46,416 nucleotides of DNA from Coniocarpon cinnabarinum (taxonomy: Eukaryota), in the NCBI GenBank assembly GCA_051942205.1, contig JAVECO010000070.1, forward strand, positions 62,001-108,416, in the 5' to 3' direction. Below are positions 13,228-24,915 of this stretch, in pieces. A program made the translations under genes and the position numbers. The number at the start of each line of letters is the position of its first letter. Position 1 is the first letter of the stretch. Under the pieces are notes generated by a model, which searched no databases, had not been told where the DNA came from, and saw only the letters and a program-made list of their open reading frames with translations.

Positions 13228-13255
13228 ACACACGCGCACGCGCACGCACACGCAC
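13228..13255. repeat. Alternating purine-pyrimidine tract ACACACGCGCACGCGCACGCACACGCAC
   Basis: 28 nt of strictly alternating purine/pyrimidine built from CACG/CGCA units, read directly. Confidence 0.85.
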
Positions 13256-14415
13256 TCTGGCTGCTGTCTCCGTGGCACCAACAGGCGCTTCGGTGCCGCA
13301 TCGCAGGGGCTTCGCGCCTTTCTGCCATTTAGACTTTTTCTCTGACTTGACCGAGACCCTCCCCAGATCACGCGCAAGACTTGGAAGGCTGTCGAGCGAG
13401 GTGTGCTCTGGCTGTCCAGGTCGGCAATTGGGACAGATCCGGGGCGACAATCAAAGGTTCGTGTGCTTTGGGCGCAGAAGTCATGCAATATTAGCCTCGT
13501 TGGGCGAGAGTTCAAGGAGCAACCCGGCCAGCGCATCTCCTTCGGGCAGATGCTCACCGTGCTGGTTGCTGCTTTGGGCGCATTTGCAGACTATCGCTTT
13601 CAATAGCGCGCACTGCTGCAATTTCCAAACACCAGATCCCCGGCATCCCCCGCGAGCAACACAGAACTAGTGAAACTGGACGTGTTGGGGTCGTCGTGGC
13701 CGCGCCTGAAGGGGCATGAACTGGGCGCCTCTTCCCCCTGCGCGCTCGCGGCTCGTCAGACAGTCGCCCTCGTCGTCGCCTCGATCCATCCATTGATCCC
13801 ATACTCCGTACAGACCACGGACGACGGGACACCTGCTGCCTCGTCGACTGCCGCTGCCCTCGAACCCAGCACCCCAGCCCGCCTCTGCAATGTCTTGCCC
13901 TGCTGCAGTCATCTCGCATGCCGTGCGATTGCCGGCGTATGTACTCCGTATATCCTTCGCCTCACCGCCGGCGTTTCTGTCTCACACCAGGTTTCTGCAC
14001 CCACTCCACTCTTCCCAGTCGCTCCTTCATTTAATCCGAATCGTGCTCTTTTCATTCCTTTGCAGCCCCCGCACGTCAGACACTCGTTGTACTTTACCAC
14101 GCCCTCACGGCAAATTGATTCACGTCTCTTGTGCTTGCTCGCCATAATCTATACACTCATTCAGGCAAGGGCTGTGCCTTGTTTACCTACGCACGATCGT
14201 CGGCAAACGTCAAAGCAGTCAGGAAAAAGTAGCAGAGCTGGTGTGATCCAGTGTTCATCCCTCCATCAATCTTCATCAAGTACCCAGCACAACGACGATA
14301 CACCTCCCGTGGCTGCCGATACTCGCTATCCTGGCCTCATCACGAAGCACGTGCCCCGCACAATGTTGAGTTGAGGCAGACTATCTTTGCTTGGAAAAAT
14401 CACTCCAGCTTCAGT

Positions 14416-15174
14416 ATGAACACTGGTTCCATCGTCGCTCTTTTCGTCAGCGTTCTCGGTTCTTTCATCATATTGTCTCTCGTCTTCCTCGTCTACAAAT
14501 GGCGGGCCGGAGCAACGTCTTCAAACATGTCGGTCGTGGACGAAGAGTTCGCGTCGCCGCAGATGCAGCAGTACCGCGTCCGGCGTGGCAGGATGGTGCC
14601 TAAAGAAACGACACAGTCAGTCATCAGCACCAGGTCTGGATGGCAGACACTTCGACATGCCACCATCCTCTTCAACGGCCCTAGTACCGCGACCAAAGTT
14701 GATCAAGGCTCAATTAGAACGGTCGATGTCAAAAGAAAAAGTCGACATCATCTACGCAAGAGCTCAGTTCCGTCAGTGCCTCCAACGCCTGACTGGAGGA
14801 AGAAGCTTCTTGACATCCGGACCCAGCCATCAGAACCACATAATGCTCCGGGCGTACCGAGCCGTCCACGACTATCACTGACAGTTCCCAATTCGACAAG
14901 AATGTCATTCAAATCCATACGCTCACCGCGAGAGCGCTGGAAGCAACTCCACGAAACGATTCACGAGCTCGAGACCCCACCCAGCGAGACCCTCGATCCG
15001 TTTGTGACACCGAGGCACAGCAGCAGCAAGTCAAGTAAGGCTTCGTCCCATCCTCACACGTTCCTTGAGTCGCCAAATAGAGAAAGCTTCCATGGTGGAG
15101 TACCACGAAGCCCACCTCCTGCGTATGTCGCGCCTGGCTCGCAAGCCGACAGTGTGCATCCAGCACTGAGGTGA
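14416..15174 (+). CDS. Hypothetical protein with N-terminal single transmembrane helix and disordered tail
   Basis: ATG 14416 lies inside the 307-aa ORF. Hydrophobic IVALFVSVLGSFIILSLVFLVY followed by basic KWR, then an S/P/R-rich tail with PPPAY, ending VHPALR. Confidence 0.65.
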   Translation: MNTGSIVALFVSVLGSFIILSLVFLVYKWRAGATSSNMSVVDEEFASPQMQQYRVRRGRMVPKETTQSVISTRSGWQTLRHATILFNGPSTATKVDQGSIRTVDVKRKSRHHLRKSSVPSVPPTPDWRKKLLDIRTQPSEPHNAPGVPSRPRLSLTVPNSTRMSFKSIRSPRERWKQLHETIHELETPPSETLDPFVTPRHSSSKSSKASSHPHTFLESPNRESFHGGVPRSPPPAYVAPGSQADSVHPALR

Positions 15175-15834
15175 GCCGGACAAGCGGATTAGATAGGGTG
15201 CATTCATTCGCTACCGAATTGTCCTGGTGGTGAAGCTGGACCCCGCCTTTTTTGCAGGGTACTGATGAGACATGGCTGTTATTGATACACTAGAGATACC
15301 CCGACTACTCTGTACGATAGACACAAATAGACACGAGAACATACGTAGTAATAAAAAGTGGACCGCATTTAATACTCGTTCGAGGTCACATGCAGCTTAT
15401 GTTGACAACTCAGACCTGCACTGACGCGTGAACGGACGATGAGCCAATGGCTTGTCCTCACCGACTTTTGCAGGAGAGAGGGCCCTTGTCGAGATGTAAA
15501 ACGTGCCCCAGTCAGATCATTCGCCGGTCTGGAGTAATGCTCCGATGTTTGCAGGGGCACGAGATGATGCTTGCAATGGATGTTACAAGAACCGCGCTCG
15601 AATCGGACCACCCTGCCAAGCCAGAGGGGGTCACGGGGATCCTCGGTGGGTCGGGAGCGGGACCGCCAAGGACCGGTATCGATAACGCGGGCTGTGCGCT
15701 CTGAACACATCATCTTGTACGGACGAACTTGCAAAAGACAACCTATATTCTTCCAGTTCTTGCACTTGGCTAGGGCCACAGCTTACGGTGCCCCTTCTCC
15801 CCAAGTTCTGCAAAAACAGAAACAGCAACGCGAC

Positions 15835-16522
15835 ATGTCAACAGCTGCTCGACGCCGTTTGATGCGTGACTTTAAGGTAAGCCGTTTCTGTGAGTCCTAT
15901 CTGCTTTGAGGACCTCCCTCTGAGCTCTTGCAAGACGCTCAGCACGATAACCATGTGCTGACAGAGATTCAGCGCATGCAAACCGACCCGCCCGCTGGCG
16001 TCTCGGCATCTCCTATCGCAGATAATGTTATGACCTGGTACGATCAGCCTGATGCACACCACTGCGCCGATTCTTTTACTTACACCGACCACAGGAATGC
16101 GGTTATTATAGGCCCAGTTGACACACCTTTCGAGGATGGCACATTCAGGCTTGTCATGCAATTTGAAGAGCAATACCCCAATAAACCGCCGGGTGTAAAG
16201 TTCATCAGTCCCATGTTTCACCCCAACGTCTACGGCTCTGGAGAATTATGCCTGGACATTCTGCAGAATAGATGGAGCCCAACATACGATGTGGCTGCCA
16301 TCTTGACGAGTATACAGAGGTATGTTCACGACCCTGAACAAGAGTGGCAGCATACCTTCCCTCTGGCAGCTTGCAGCTCTCTCTAATTCCTGCGACAGCT
16401 TATTGAATGATCCCAATACATCGTCGCCCGCAAACGTTGAAGCGTCTAACCTTTACAAAGACAACCGCCGGGAGTACACCAAGCGGGTGCGGGACATAGT
16501 GGAGCGGAGCTGGGAGGACTGA
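15835..16522 (+). CDS. RAD6: Ubiquitin-conjugating enzyme E2 Rad6/Ubc2 (UvsJ/Mus-8 type), 4 exons
   Basis: Exons 15835-15876, 15973-16037, 16095-16319, 16399-16522. [28 protein letters not shown]...[25 protein letters not shown]...SWED, with no yeast-type acidic tail. Confidence 0.97.
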
Positions 16523-17157
16523 TTCCACGCTGCAATATGTGACCGGAAGAGATCGAGAAATGGCTGGATTTGCTCGCACGGTATTGATTTACGCAGATGA
16601 CGCCATACGAAGCATATGCAATAGCGAAGGTGTTCAGAGGAAATTGGGCCTAGCATTACATGTACTATTGTCCCAAAGCTGGCTTGCATCAGCTCAATCG
16701 AATTTGAGGAGCCACGAAATTCCATTCAGGTGTTACTGAGTGATGCAGCGCGTCTAGTTGTGCAACACGGGATGTAAAACGTGCTGTGTGGTCTTTTGTA
16801 CGCTACCTTGCCGAGACAAGCTATGGATGTTTGAGGACCAGGAGCAAGGCGCGCAGGTGCGCGTCGTCCGGACGGAAAGTTCCGACGAATTTCTTGGAGC
16901 GCATCAACAACAACTCGACTCTTGCGACCATTGATTCAACCAAGACTCATTCTGAACTGACCGCTTCTTCTGATTGCCCCTCTGACCTACGACAGGCTTT
17001 ATCTCCATTGGCTTTCGCGTTTGCGCTCCGCGCCGGCAAAGCATTTGTTCCAATCTCGATAACCCTCTTACAAACCCCTGCCCCGTCTAGTCAAATGTCG
17101 CACCCGGAGCCTTGGATTTGCGGATAGACTCTGTCAGATTTGCTCTCTTGATCAGTG

Positions 17158-20100
17158 ATGTCGTACGCATGAGGTCTCACAAATACTTAGAAACGTGACT
17201 GACAGCAGGCAGGGGTTCTGGTAACACAATCAAGGGTTGGTCTACATTGAAGGGAGCCCTTTCGCTATACTGAATTCGAAGCTTACGCTGTGTAGTTGTT
17301 GCGCGATTCCGTCCTCCCAACAAGGTCGAGCAGGCCAATAATGGAGAAACAATCGTCGGCTTCGAGACAGAGGACAGTTGCAATGTTCAAGTACGTGGAT
17401 CATGCGGTCAGACGCAATCCTCAATTTGTTGACAGGGAGACTAGTCGAGAGAAGGCTCAGGCGCTTTTACCTTTGATCGAGTGTTCGACACACAATCTAG
17501 ACAAGCGGATATATTTGATTTCTCGATTCGTCCCACGGTTGACGACATCCTCAACGGATACAATGGCACAGTGTTCGCATACGGCCAGACGGGCGCTGGA
17601 AAATCCTATACCATGATGGGCGCAAACATAGATGATGATGTTACCAAGGGTGTGATTCCTCGGATCGTTGAGCAAGTATTTGCTAGCATTGCGGCTAGTC
17701 CTATGAACATCGAGTACACTGTGAAAGTCAGCTACATGGAGATCTACATGGAGAAGATCCGTGATCTGCTCGACCCCATCAACGACAACCTTCCTGTGCA
17801 TGAGGAAAAGAGCAGAGGCGTATACGTGAAGGGTCTACTCGAGATCTACGTTTCTAGTGTCGCTGAAGTGTACGAGGTCATGCGACGTGGCGATCTCGCT
17901 CGGGCTACAGCTGCCACGAATATGAACCAAGAGTCTTCGCGGTCACATTCAATATTTGTCGTCACGATTGGGCAGAAAAATGTGGAGACAGGTTCTGCAA
18001 AAAGTGGCCAGTTATTTTTGGTGGATCTCGCAGGTAGCGAAAAGGTTGGCAAAACAGGCGCGAGCGGTCAGACACTAGAAGAAGCAAAGAAAATCAACAA
18101 AAGTCTCAGCGCGCTCGGTATGGTTATCAATGCTCTCACAGATGGCAAGGCAACACACATTCCCTACCGAGATTCGAAATTAACACGCATACTGCAAGAG
18201 TCTCTGGGCGGAAACTCTCGCACAACGCTCATCATCAATTGCTCGCCCAGCTCTTACAATGTCGAGGAAACCATCAGCACGCTCCGCTTCGGCACTCGCG
18301 CTAAGAAGATTGAAAACAAGGCCAAGGTCAACGCAGAGCTGAGTCCCGCAGAACTCAAAACACTGCTCAAGAAAGCGCAAACGCAGGTCACAACTTTCGA
18401 GGACTACATTTCGAATCTGGAGGGCGAAGTCTCGCAGTGGCGATCTGGCGAAAGTGTCCCGCAGGATAGGTGGATACCCAAACTCTCACAATCGCAACCA
18501 TCACATCGACGACTAGAATCCAAAGCCGCCCCAGCGACTCCATCGCGGACCACGAGTTCAGATGTCAGACGAGCCGAGACGCCCTCAAGACCGGAATCGA
18601 GGATGGAACTTGATCGCGCGAGCACTCCAAGTGTCGTTCTTGAGCGAGATGAACGAGAGGATTTTTTGCGAAGGGAAAATGAGCTGCAAGATCAACTCTC
18701 AGAGCGCGAAAGCCAACAGCAGCGCGCCGAGCAAGAGCTCAAACAAGCAAAAGCTGAGCTTCAGGCTCTTCGAACACAGCAGAGAGAAACCAGCAGTGCA
18801 AACGAGCGGCTTCAGGGCGAAGCAAATGGATTTAAGATGGAAATGGAGAAGATTCAATTTGAGGGCAAAGAGACAATGATTACCATGGATGGTCTGAAGG
18901 AGCAGAACGCCGAGCTAACATCGGAGCTTGACAGCGTGAAACAGGAGCTTCTGGATGCTAAGATCAGTATTTCCGACACACAGGCAGTCCTTGACGAAAA
19001 GGAGAAAAAGAAGGCTGAGCGAATGGCACACATGATGGCTGGCTTCGATCTAGGCGGTGATGCCTTCAGCGAGAACGAGCAGTCTATTCGTAGAGCAATT
19101 GAAGAGGTCGACCGCTTACACGACGTCAGTTCGGCCGGCAATGCCATCGCTCCACAAGATGTTCAGGACTTGCGGAAGCGCCTGGTCGATGCTCAAGGAA
19201 TTGTACGACAAGCTGAATTGTCTGTCGCTCAACGTACTGAGCATGACGAAGCCATGCTGAAGCGAAGAGAGGCCCTCGAAGAACGGCTATCAAACGTTGA
19301 GCGCGAATATGAAGAAGTGCTCGAGAAAGGATTAAGCCAAGATGATGTTGAGAACGTCAAGCAGCGACTGGGCGACGCCTACGTCAACCGGCAAAGCGTG
19401 CACAGCGATATGGCTGATGGCCTGCGAGAAGATCTTTCACGAGCACACGAAGAGAGCAGCCGCTTGCGGAGCGAAGTGGATTCACTCCAACAACGGATAC
19501 AGTCGGGCGCCTTGACGAATGGTAGCACGAGCAACAGCGCGATCAGTAGCAGCAAGACTATTCAGCAACAGATTGCCGATTTCGACGTGATGAAAAAGTC
19601 CCTGATGCGCGATCTGCAGAACAGATGCGAACGGGTCGTGGAGCTCGAGATCAGTCTTGACGAAACCAGGGAACAGTACAATAATGTGCTGCGGACATCG
19701 AACAATCGCGCGCAGCAAAAGAAGATGGCTTTCCTAGAGCGCAACCTGGAGCAGCTGACGCATGTTCAACGCCAACTCGTCGAGCAGAATAACAGTCTCA
19801 AGAAAGAGGTCGCGATCGCCGAGAGGAAGCTGATAGCTCGTAACGAGCGCATAGCGAGCCTCGAAAGCTTGCTCCAGGACAGTCAAGAGAAACTCACAGC
19901 AGCCAACCATCGGTTCGAGAACCAGCTCGCGGCCGTGAAGGAGCGACTCGAGGCCGCGAAGGTCGGATCTACTCGTGGCTTAGCTGTGTCGAATGGCGTA
20001 CCGGCTGGCGGGACTGCCCCCAGCCTGGGTTCACGGATCGCCAAACCTCTACGAGGTGGGCAAGAGGTCAACGGCCAGGTGCATCCGGCAGATCTGGCGA

Positions 20101-20159
20101 ACCAGAAGCGGGCTTCATGGTATTCGCGCGCGTGGCCGACGAGTGGTTCGTGGACGTGA
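17158..20159 (+). CDS. kinA: Conventional kinesin (kinesin-1) heavy chain
   Basis: Exons 17158-17162, 17213-17235, 17296-17390, 17445-20159 give MSGSGNTIKVVARFRP. P-loop GQTGAGKS, switch I NQESSRSH, switch II LVDLAGSE, coiled coil, and tail RIAKPLRGG autoinhibitory motif. The start exon is inferred. Confidence 0.96.
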
Positions 20160-20811
20160 TGGAGTAACGCAGCGCCGAGACGGGGTGACGGGCTACCTGA
20201 TGATTTACCTCGCCATAGAGCTTGGCGATGGCTTGGCTACGCAGCTAAAGCGATACAGCAGCGGATGAGGCGTTCGGGAAGATCTTGCAGATACCCACGT
20301 TTTGCTTGGCTTTGGGAGGCTTCTGCATGTTGGAGCATGGGTGGCAGATATGAGTTTCTAGACCATCACGGCGACGAGGTAACGAGCAGAGCATGAGTGG
20401 CGTTGCTTGAAGATGTAAGTCTAGACTGTCATTGGCATTGAAAGAAGGAGAGTTACGCGCGCCTTTCACGGCTTCCTTGGTCGGTCTTCTGTAAGTACTA
20501 GCACGGAGATTTGGTGGAGCAGCAGATGGACCTCGGCAACCGACATGTCAGGTGATCTTCCCACCATGCCGACCCATTGGTATGAAAGTCTCCAGGTATC
20601 TTTGAAGACACGGTACTCCGTATCTCCAGCCATCACACAGCCCGATCCGACAAGTATACTCGTCTCCACGGTCATCTGACTGTGGAGGGCATGCAGTGGG
20701 CCCGGTGGAGTATGGGGGGCGTCAGACCGTTACGGAGGCTGTTCGGCATGGTCGAGCCGCGTAGCGTTGCTGTCCTCCCACACTCTTCAATGGCTGCTCG
20801 CGGACTCTGCC

Positions 20812-21809
20812 CTTATCGCCTCGACCATGTGGGTCACTCCCAGGTGTGAGGTGCAGTTACGCTTGGTGTTGGCGGGCCGGCCTTGCGGTACTACGCCGCC
20901 GGCTTAGGAAATGGTCAACCTCATTCCACACAGCGCATCATCTTATCATCATACTATCGTGCCGTCACTTTGTATGCTATCGCAAGCACCTTCCAACAGA
21001 GTACCTGCCACTGAACACCCTCCGTCAAGGTGACCACCGGACTCTCCTGTATGCCCAGAAATCTTCGACCGGACGAGTCTTCAACTGGGCTTACCCGGCC
21101 CATAGCTCGACAGGATTCATGCGCGGGCATGACGATTGTATTAACCATGCCGCTTTACAAGACTTTGAGTCATTTCACAGACATCTCATGCAAGCGCTTT
21201 CGAGCACAGACTGCACCTGTTCATGCTCCCTCCATACTAGTCTCATAACGGAAGGACGCCGAGGTGCACGCAACGCTACCTCCGTAGAAGGTGCGAAGAT
21301 TCCGCCAACGCTCTCAGTGTCGTACCACCATGAAGGGACGATCTAGCCACCACCAATCAGATGCTCAAGGATCGGCTCAAGCTTTTGCCAATGTGAATCA
21401 TCGGCAATGGCGTGCAGCGAAGAACCTCGTCCTGACCGCGCTTATCGCTGGTATTTAGGCCTTCAGGGCTGGTACTATTGGCCGACCCTCGGTGAGATTG
21501 GTCGGGCAGCCTGTATGTGGTTCGGCATTCATTGCTGCATGACTCTGCTTCTCAGTGAAAGTGGCAGCCGCTCAGCAGAGATTCTCGCCCATTGCCCGGC
21601 ATCGTGACATCCGCTGAGGGTTTTTGATATGCAGTACTAAGGGCTCGGTCTCCTGCATGGCGGCGTTGCGCCGAAGCTTTCCCCTCACGGCGTAATGACA
21701 GGCTTCAAATAGTCGACGAAGGGTCTGCCCTGCACGCTCGCGGTGCGTATCCGGTCAACCAGTGCTTGCGTCTTAGGCTCGTTGCCGCCCACACTATTTC
21801 TTCCTTATC
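20812..21809. promoter_or_regulatory. Putative AreA/Nit2 GATA sites and CpcA/Gcn4 site upstream of the amino-acid transporter
   Basis: CTTATC at 20812, 20942, 21441, 21804; TGAGTCA at 21166-21172; TGACTC at 21540. Confidence 0.5.
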
Positions 21810-21969
21810 GCTGCTTGAGTCTGTGAAGAAGAACCTCCATCTGTTTTGCTCTTGTCTTTGAGTACATGAGAATCAGTTCTTTACGGTCTTTGTAGCGCCG
21901 TCTCATCTTCTACACAGAAGCAATTGACATTCTGCAAGAACAAAATTGACTTCCCCTTAATTCACGAAG

Positions 21970-24166
21970 ATGGCAAAGCCAGGGTTGATGGCCCTGGATG
22001 GTGGGGACCCTCGTCTATCGACCGACGAGGGCATGTTTGGAGGGCAAGGCATAGTGGCTTATACTAGACCTCAGATGCGCGCCCTCCATGACCGGAGCAT
22101 CATGTTCGAGGAATACTACCACTATGCGCAACATGCCCGTGCCGAGGAAGAAGAAAGCCGCTTGGCAAATGACGAAAAGCGTGGTATACTTAGCACAATC
22201 TTCCCCGCCAAGTCAGGCAAGGGGGCAGGCGGCGTTGATGGCCGCCGGCAGAGTCTAGTTCCCCAAGTCAACACCAGCGCATCGGAGAAGAGAGCGACCG
22301 TGTCTGACGAAGAGTGGGCGAATGCAAGCCGAGCTGTACGTACCGCCAGCAAGGGTGCTGTCTTCTACTTGATCACGACGGACATTTTGGGACCGTATGG
22401 CCTCCCCTATGCGTTCTCCTCGACCGGCTATGGGTAAGTTTCGAATTCTTCTTCTGTTTTACCTCTTACGTTCAAGACTTTATCGACAGTGACAGAGACT
22501 ACGATATTCGTGCTCGTAAAGTTACTGTTTACCAGACGCCTTCCTTCTTTGATGTGTATCCATTCAAGTGATTACGCATTTGATTGGTAGCGTACAATCC
22601 TTGAGGGGGTATAAAATCTACGAACTGAATGAGACAATGCTCGTCGAGATTAAAAGCGTCAGGAGAGGTCTGAGCCTCTTCGAAGGCGAAGCATACGTCG
22701 CGTTGAAACACGTTTTTGTCTGGCAAATCTCTGCTAGATCTCACCTCTCTTTAGACATTGTCAACACTCACTGAGCCTTGCGCTGACTCTCTTCCCACAG
22801 ACCCGGAATTGGCCTGTACACTGCGTTTGGTCTGATGGCTGGATTCTCCGGCTGGCTTTTATGGCAGAGCTTTATGGGCCTTGACTCTTACCAATTTCCT
22901 GTTAAATCCTATGGCGATTTGGCTTTCAGGTTGTACGGACGCTTCACTCGATACGGATTCAATATCCTTCAGTCAATTCAACTGGTTTGCTCTGTTGGAC
23001 TGATCATCATATCGTCGGGCGAAGCCCTCTCTGAGATTACAAAGTTCAAGCTCTGCTACGCCGTCTGCTGCCTGATCTGGGCTCTTGTTGGCTGGGTGTC
23101 TGGTCAGATTCGTACGCTACAAAAATTTGGCTGGTTAGCCAACGCTGCGGTGTGGATCAATCTGTTGATCATTTTCATTACCATGGGCGTCGCTGCCAAC
23201 AAGCCCCCACTTTACTCGGCGTACTCTTCAGCCGCTGGCTACACAGTCAACCCAGACCTCGTCTCACCCGATGCTGCTGGCAATTTCCCGCCCATCCAAC
23301 ACTCCGCTGGTCTCCCCAACAGCGGAGACTTTGTTGGTTCTGTCAACGGTCTCATGCAGGCTGTGTATGCCTACGGAGGCGCAATGATTTTCACTGAGTT
23401 CATGGGAGAGATGAAGAGACCCAAAGACTTCTTGACTGCAATGTGGGGTGCTCAGACTTTCATCTACCTCGTCTACATGTTCTACGGCATCTTCTTGTAC
23501 GGCTACCAGGGCCAATACGTTCAGAATCCCTCATACCTTGGCATGTCAACCTACGGATGGCAGACTGTTGGCAACATATTAGCTATCATCACGGCCATGA
23601 TCGCTGCAGCGCTGTATGGCAACATTGGCGTCAAGGTTCTCTACAACAACATTGCCGTCGAGCTGTTCAGGGCTCCGCCTCTTACGCAGCGAGCAGGCAA
23701 AATTGCCTGGATTTTCCTCATCCCGGTGTATTGGTCTATTGCGTACGTTATTGCCGCCGGGATTCCCGACTTTTCTGGCTTTACCTCGATTGTCGCTGCC
23801 AGCTGCATTTTACCGTTTACCTACGTCTTTCCACCCCTGCTCAACGTCTCTCTAGCTTGCCATAAGAACGCCATCCAAGCAGGTGAAGGCTTCGACCCCG
23901 CCACTGGCGAAGTCACTCGCCATGACTCAGGCACCAAACGATGGATCCGCGGTTTCTTCAGCGCCGAGAAAGAGGGAGGCGTTGGGATGCGGAAGAGCTG
24001 GGGCAAGCTGCAGATTGCGCTCAACTGCTTCAACATCATTTATTTCTTGGGAGCGCTCTGCGTCTGCGCTCTCGGCATGTACGCTGCTATTGAGCAGTTG
24101 ATCGAGGCGTATGCGACGCCCGAGGTCAATGCCTTCAGCTGCCACTCGCCTCTTGATTCATCCTAG
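21970..24166 (+). CDS. Amino acid transporter (Aa_trans/AAAP family, Mtr-like)
   Basis: Exons 21970-22433 and 22801-24166, intron 22434-22800. Motifs VFYLITTDILGP, GYGPG, SYGDLAFRLYG, AVYAYGGAMIFTEFMGEMKRPKDF, with multiple TM helices. Confidence 0.9.
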
Positions 24167-24488
24167 AGAGACCCAAGCAGGAGATTGAAAGAGCTGTGTT
24201 GGAGGTTGGAGAAGCTGAGTAACAGGCGGTCCGACATAGTTGACACTCGAGAGCGTATGCCAGTGGTTATGCATGCATATCAATCTAGATACCCTGTAGT
24301 AGATGAGCAACATGGGCATTGGGTCATAGGTAGAGATTCCAAGACTGTGACTATACAACTTGTCTTCATTTTGATTGCATCCTGGTGGCACTTCGCCAGC
24401 CTTTGTCAACCGCGTGGTCTCCAGTCACGTGATATCACCTTGCTATCACTCGACAGTCCGATGCCCGTGCGCTGACAGCCAATAGTAG

Positions 24489-24503
24489 CTTCGAGAAGCT
24501 TCG
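24489..24503. promoter_or_regulatory. Heat shock element (Hsf1 site) upstream of the Sis1-type DnaJ
   Basis: cTTCgaGAAgcTTCg is a perfect three-unit nTTCnnGAAnnTTCn, about 410 nt upstream of the DnaJ ATG. Confidence 0.75.
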
Positions 24504-24915
24504 AGCAGTGGAATCCGTTCGCAGGCACGTCACAAGTTAGCACCAGCCCACGGTGCTTTAGCAAGGTGTTCTGGGCTCTCTTCCTGCACCTCCACTCGGC
24601 ACCATTAACTGTCTTCTTGACCACTTTTCACCCGCCACCAATCACGGTCGCTGCTGCTCACATCTGCGAGACATAGTACAGATACCATCATCACATCCCC
24701 ACGTTCAGACATCAACATCTTGCCTGAAGCTCTCCAGTCCGAACACTTCCTCTATTTCTGTGGTCAACTCCGGGGCTCTCAGCTTGATATTCGAGACTTG
24801 ACAAATAATCGTCTTGTCTGCTTCTTCGACTGAAGGGGTTGCGCTTTTCAGCGTGGAAACGATCTTGTTCAAGCACAGCCCTTTCACATCGTAGCGCAAA
24901 TACCGAGACACAATC

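Noticed and set aside
12849..14374. Long ORFs 12849-13670 (273 aa) and 13670-14374 (234 aa)
   Set aside because: Non-ATG starts in the track, low-complexity Arg/Ser/Pro/Cys composition and no domain motifs; typical of GC-rich non-coding sequence.
11029..14415. Telomerase RNA or other large ncRNA in the long intergenic region
   Set aside because: No TAACCCTAA-type template and no snRNA, RNase P or MRP signature found by eye on either strand. Not excluded without an Infernal search.
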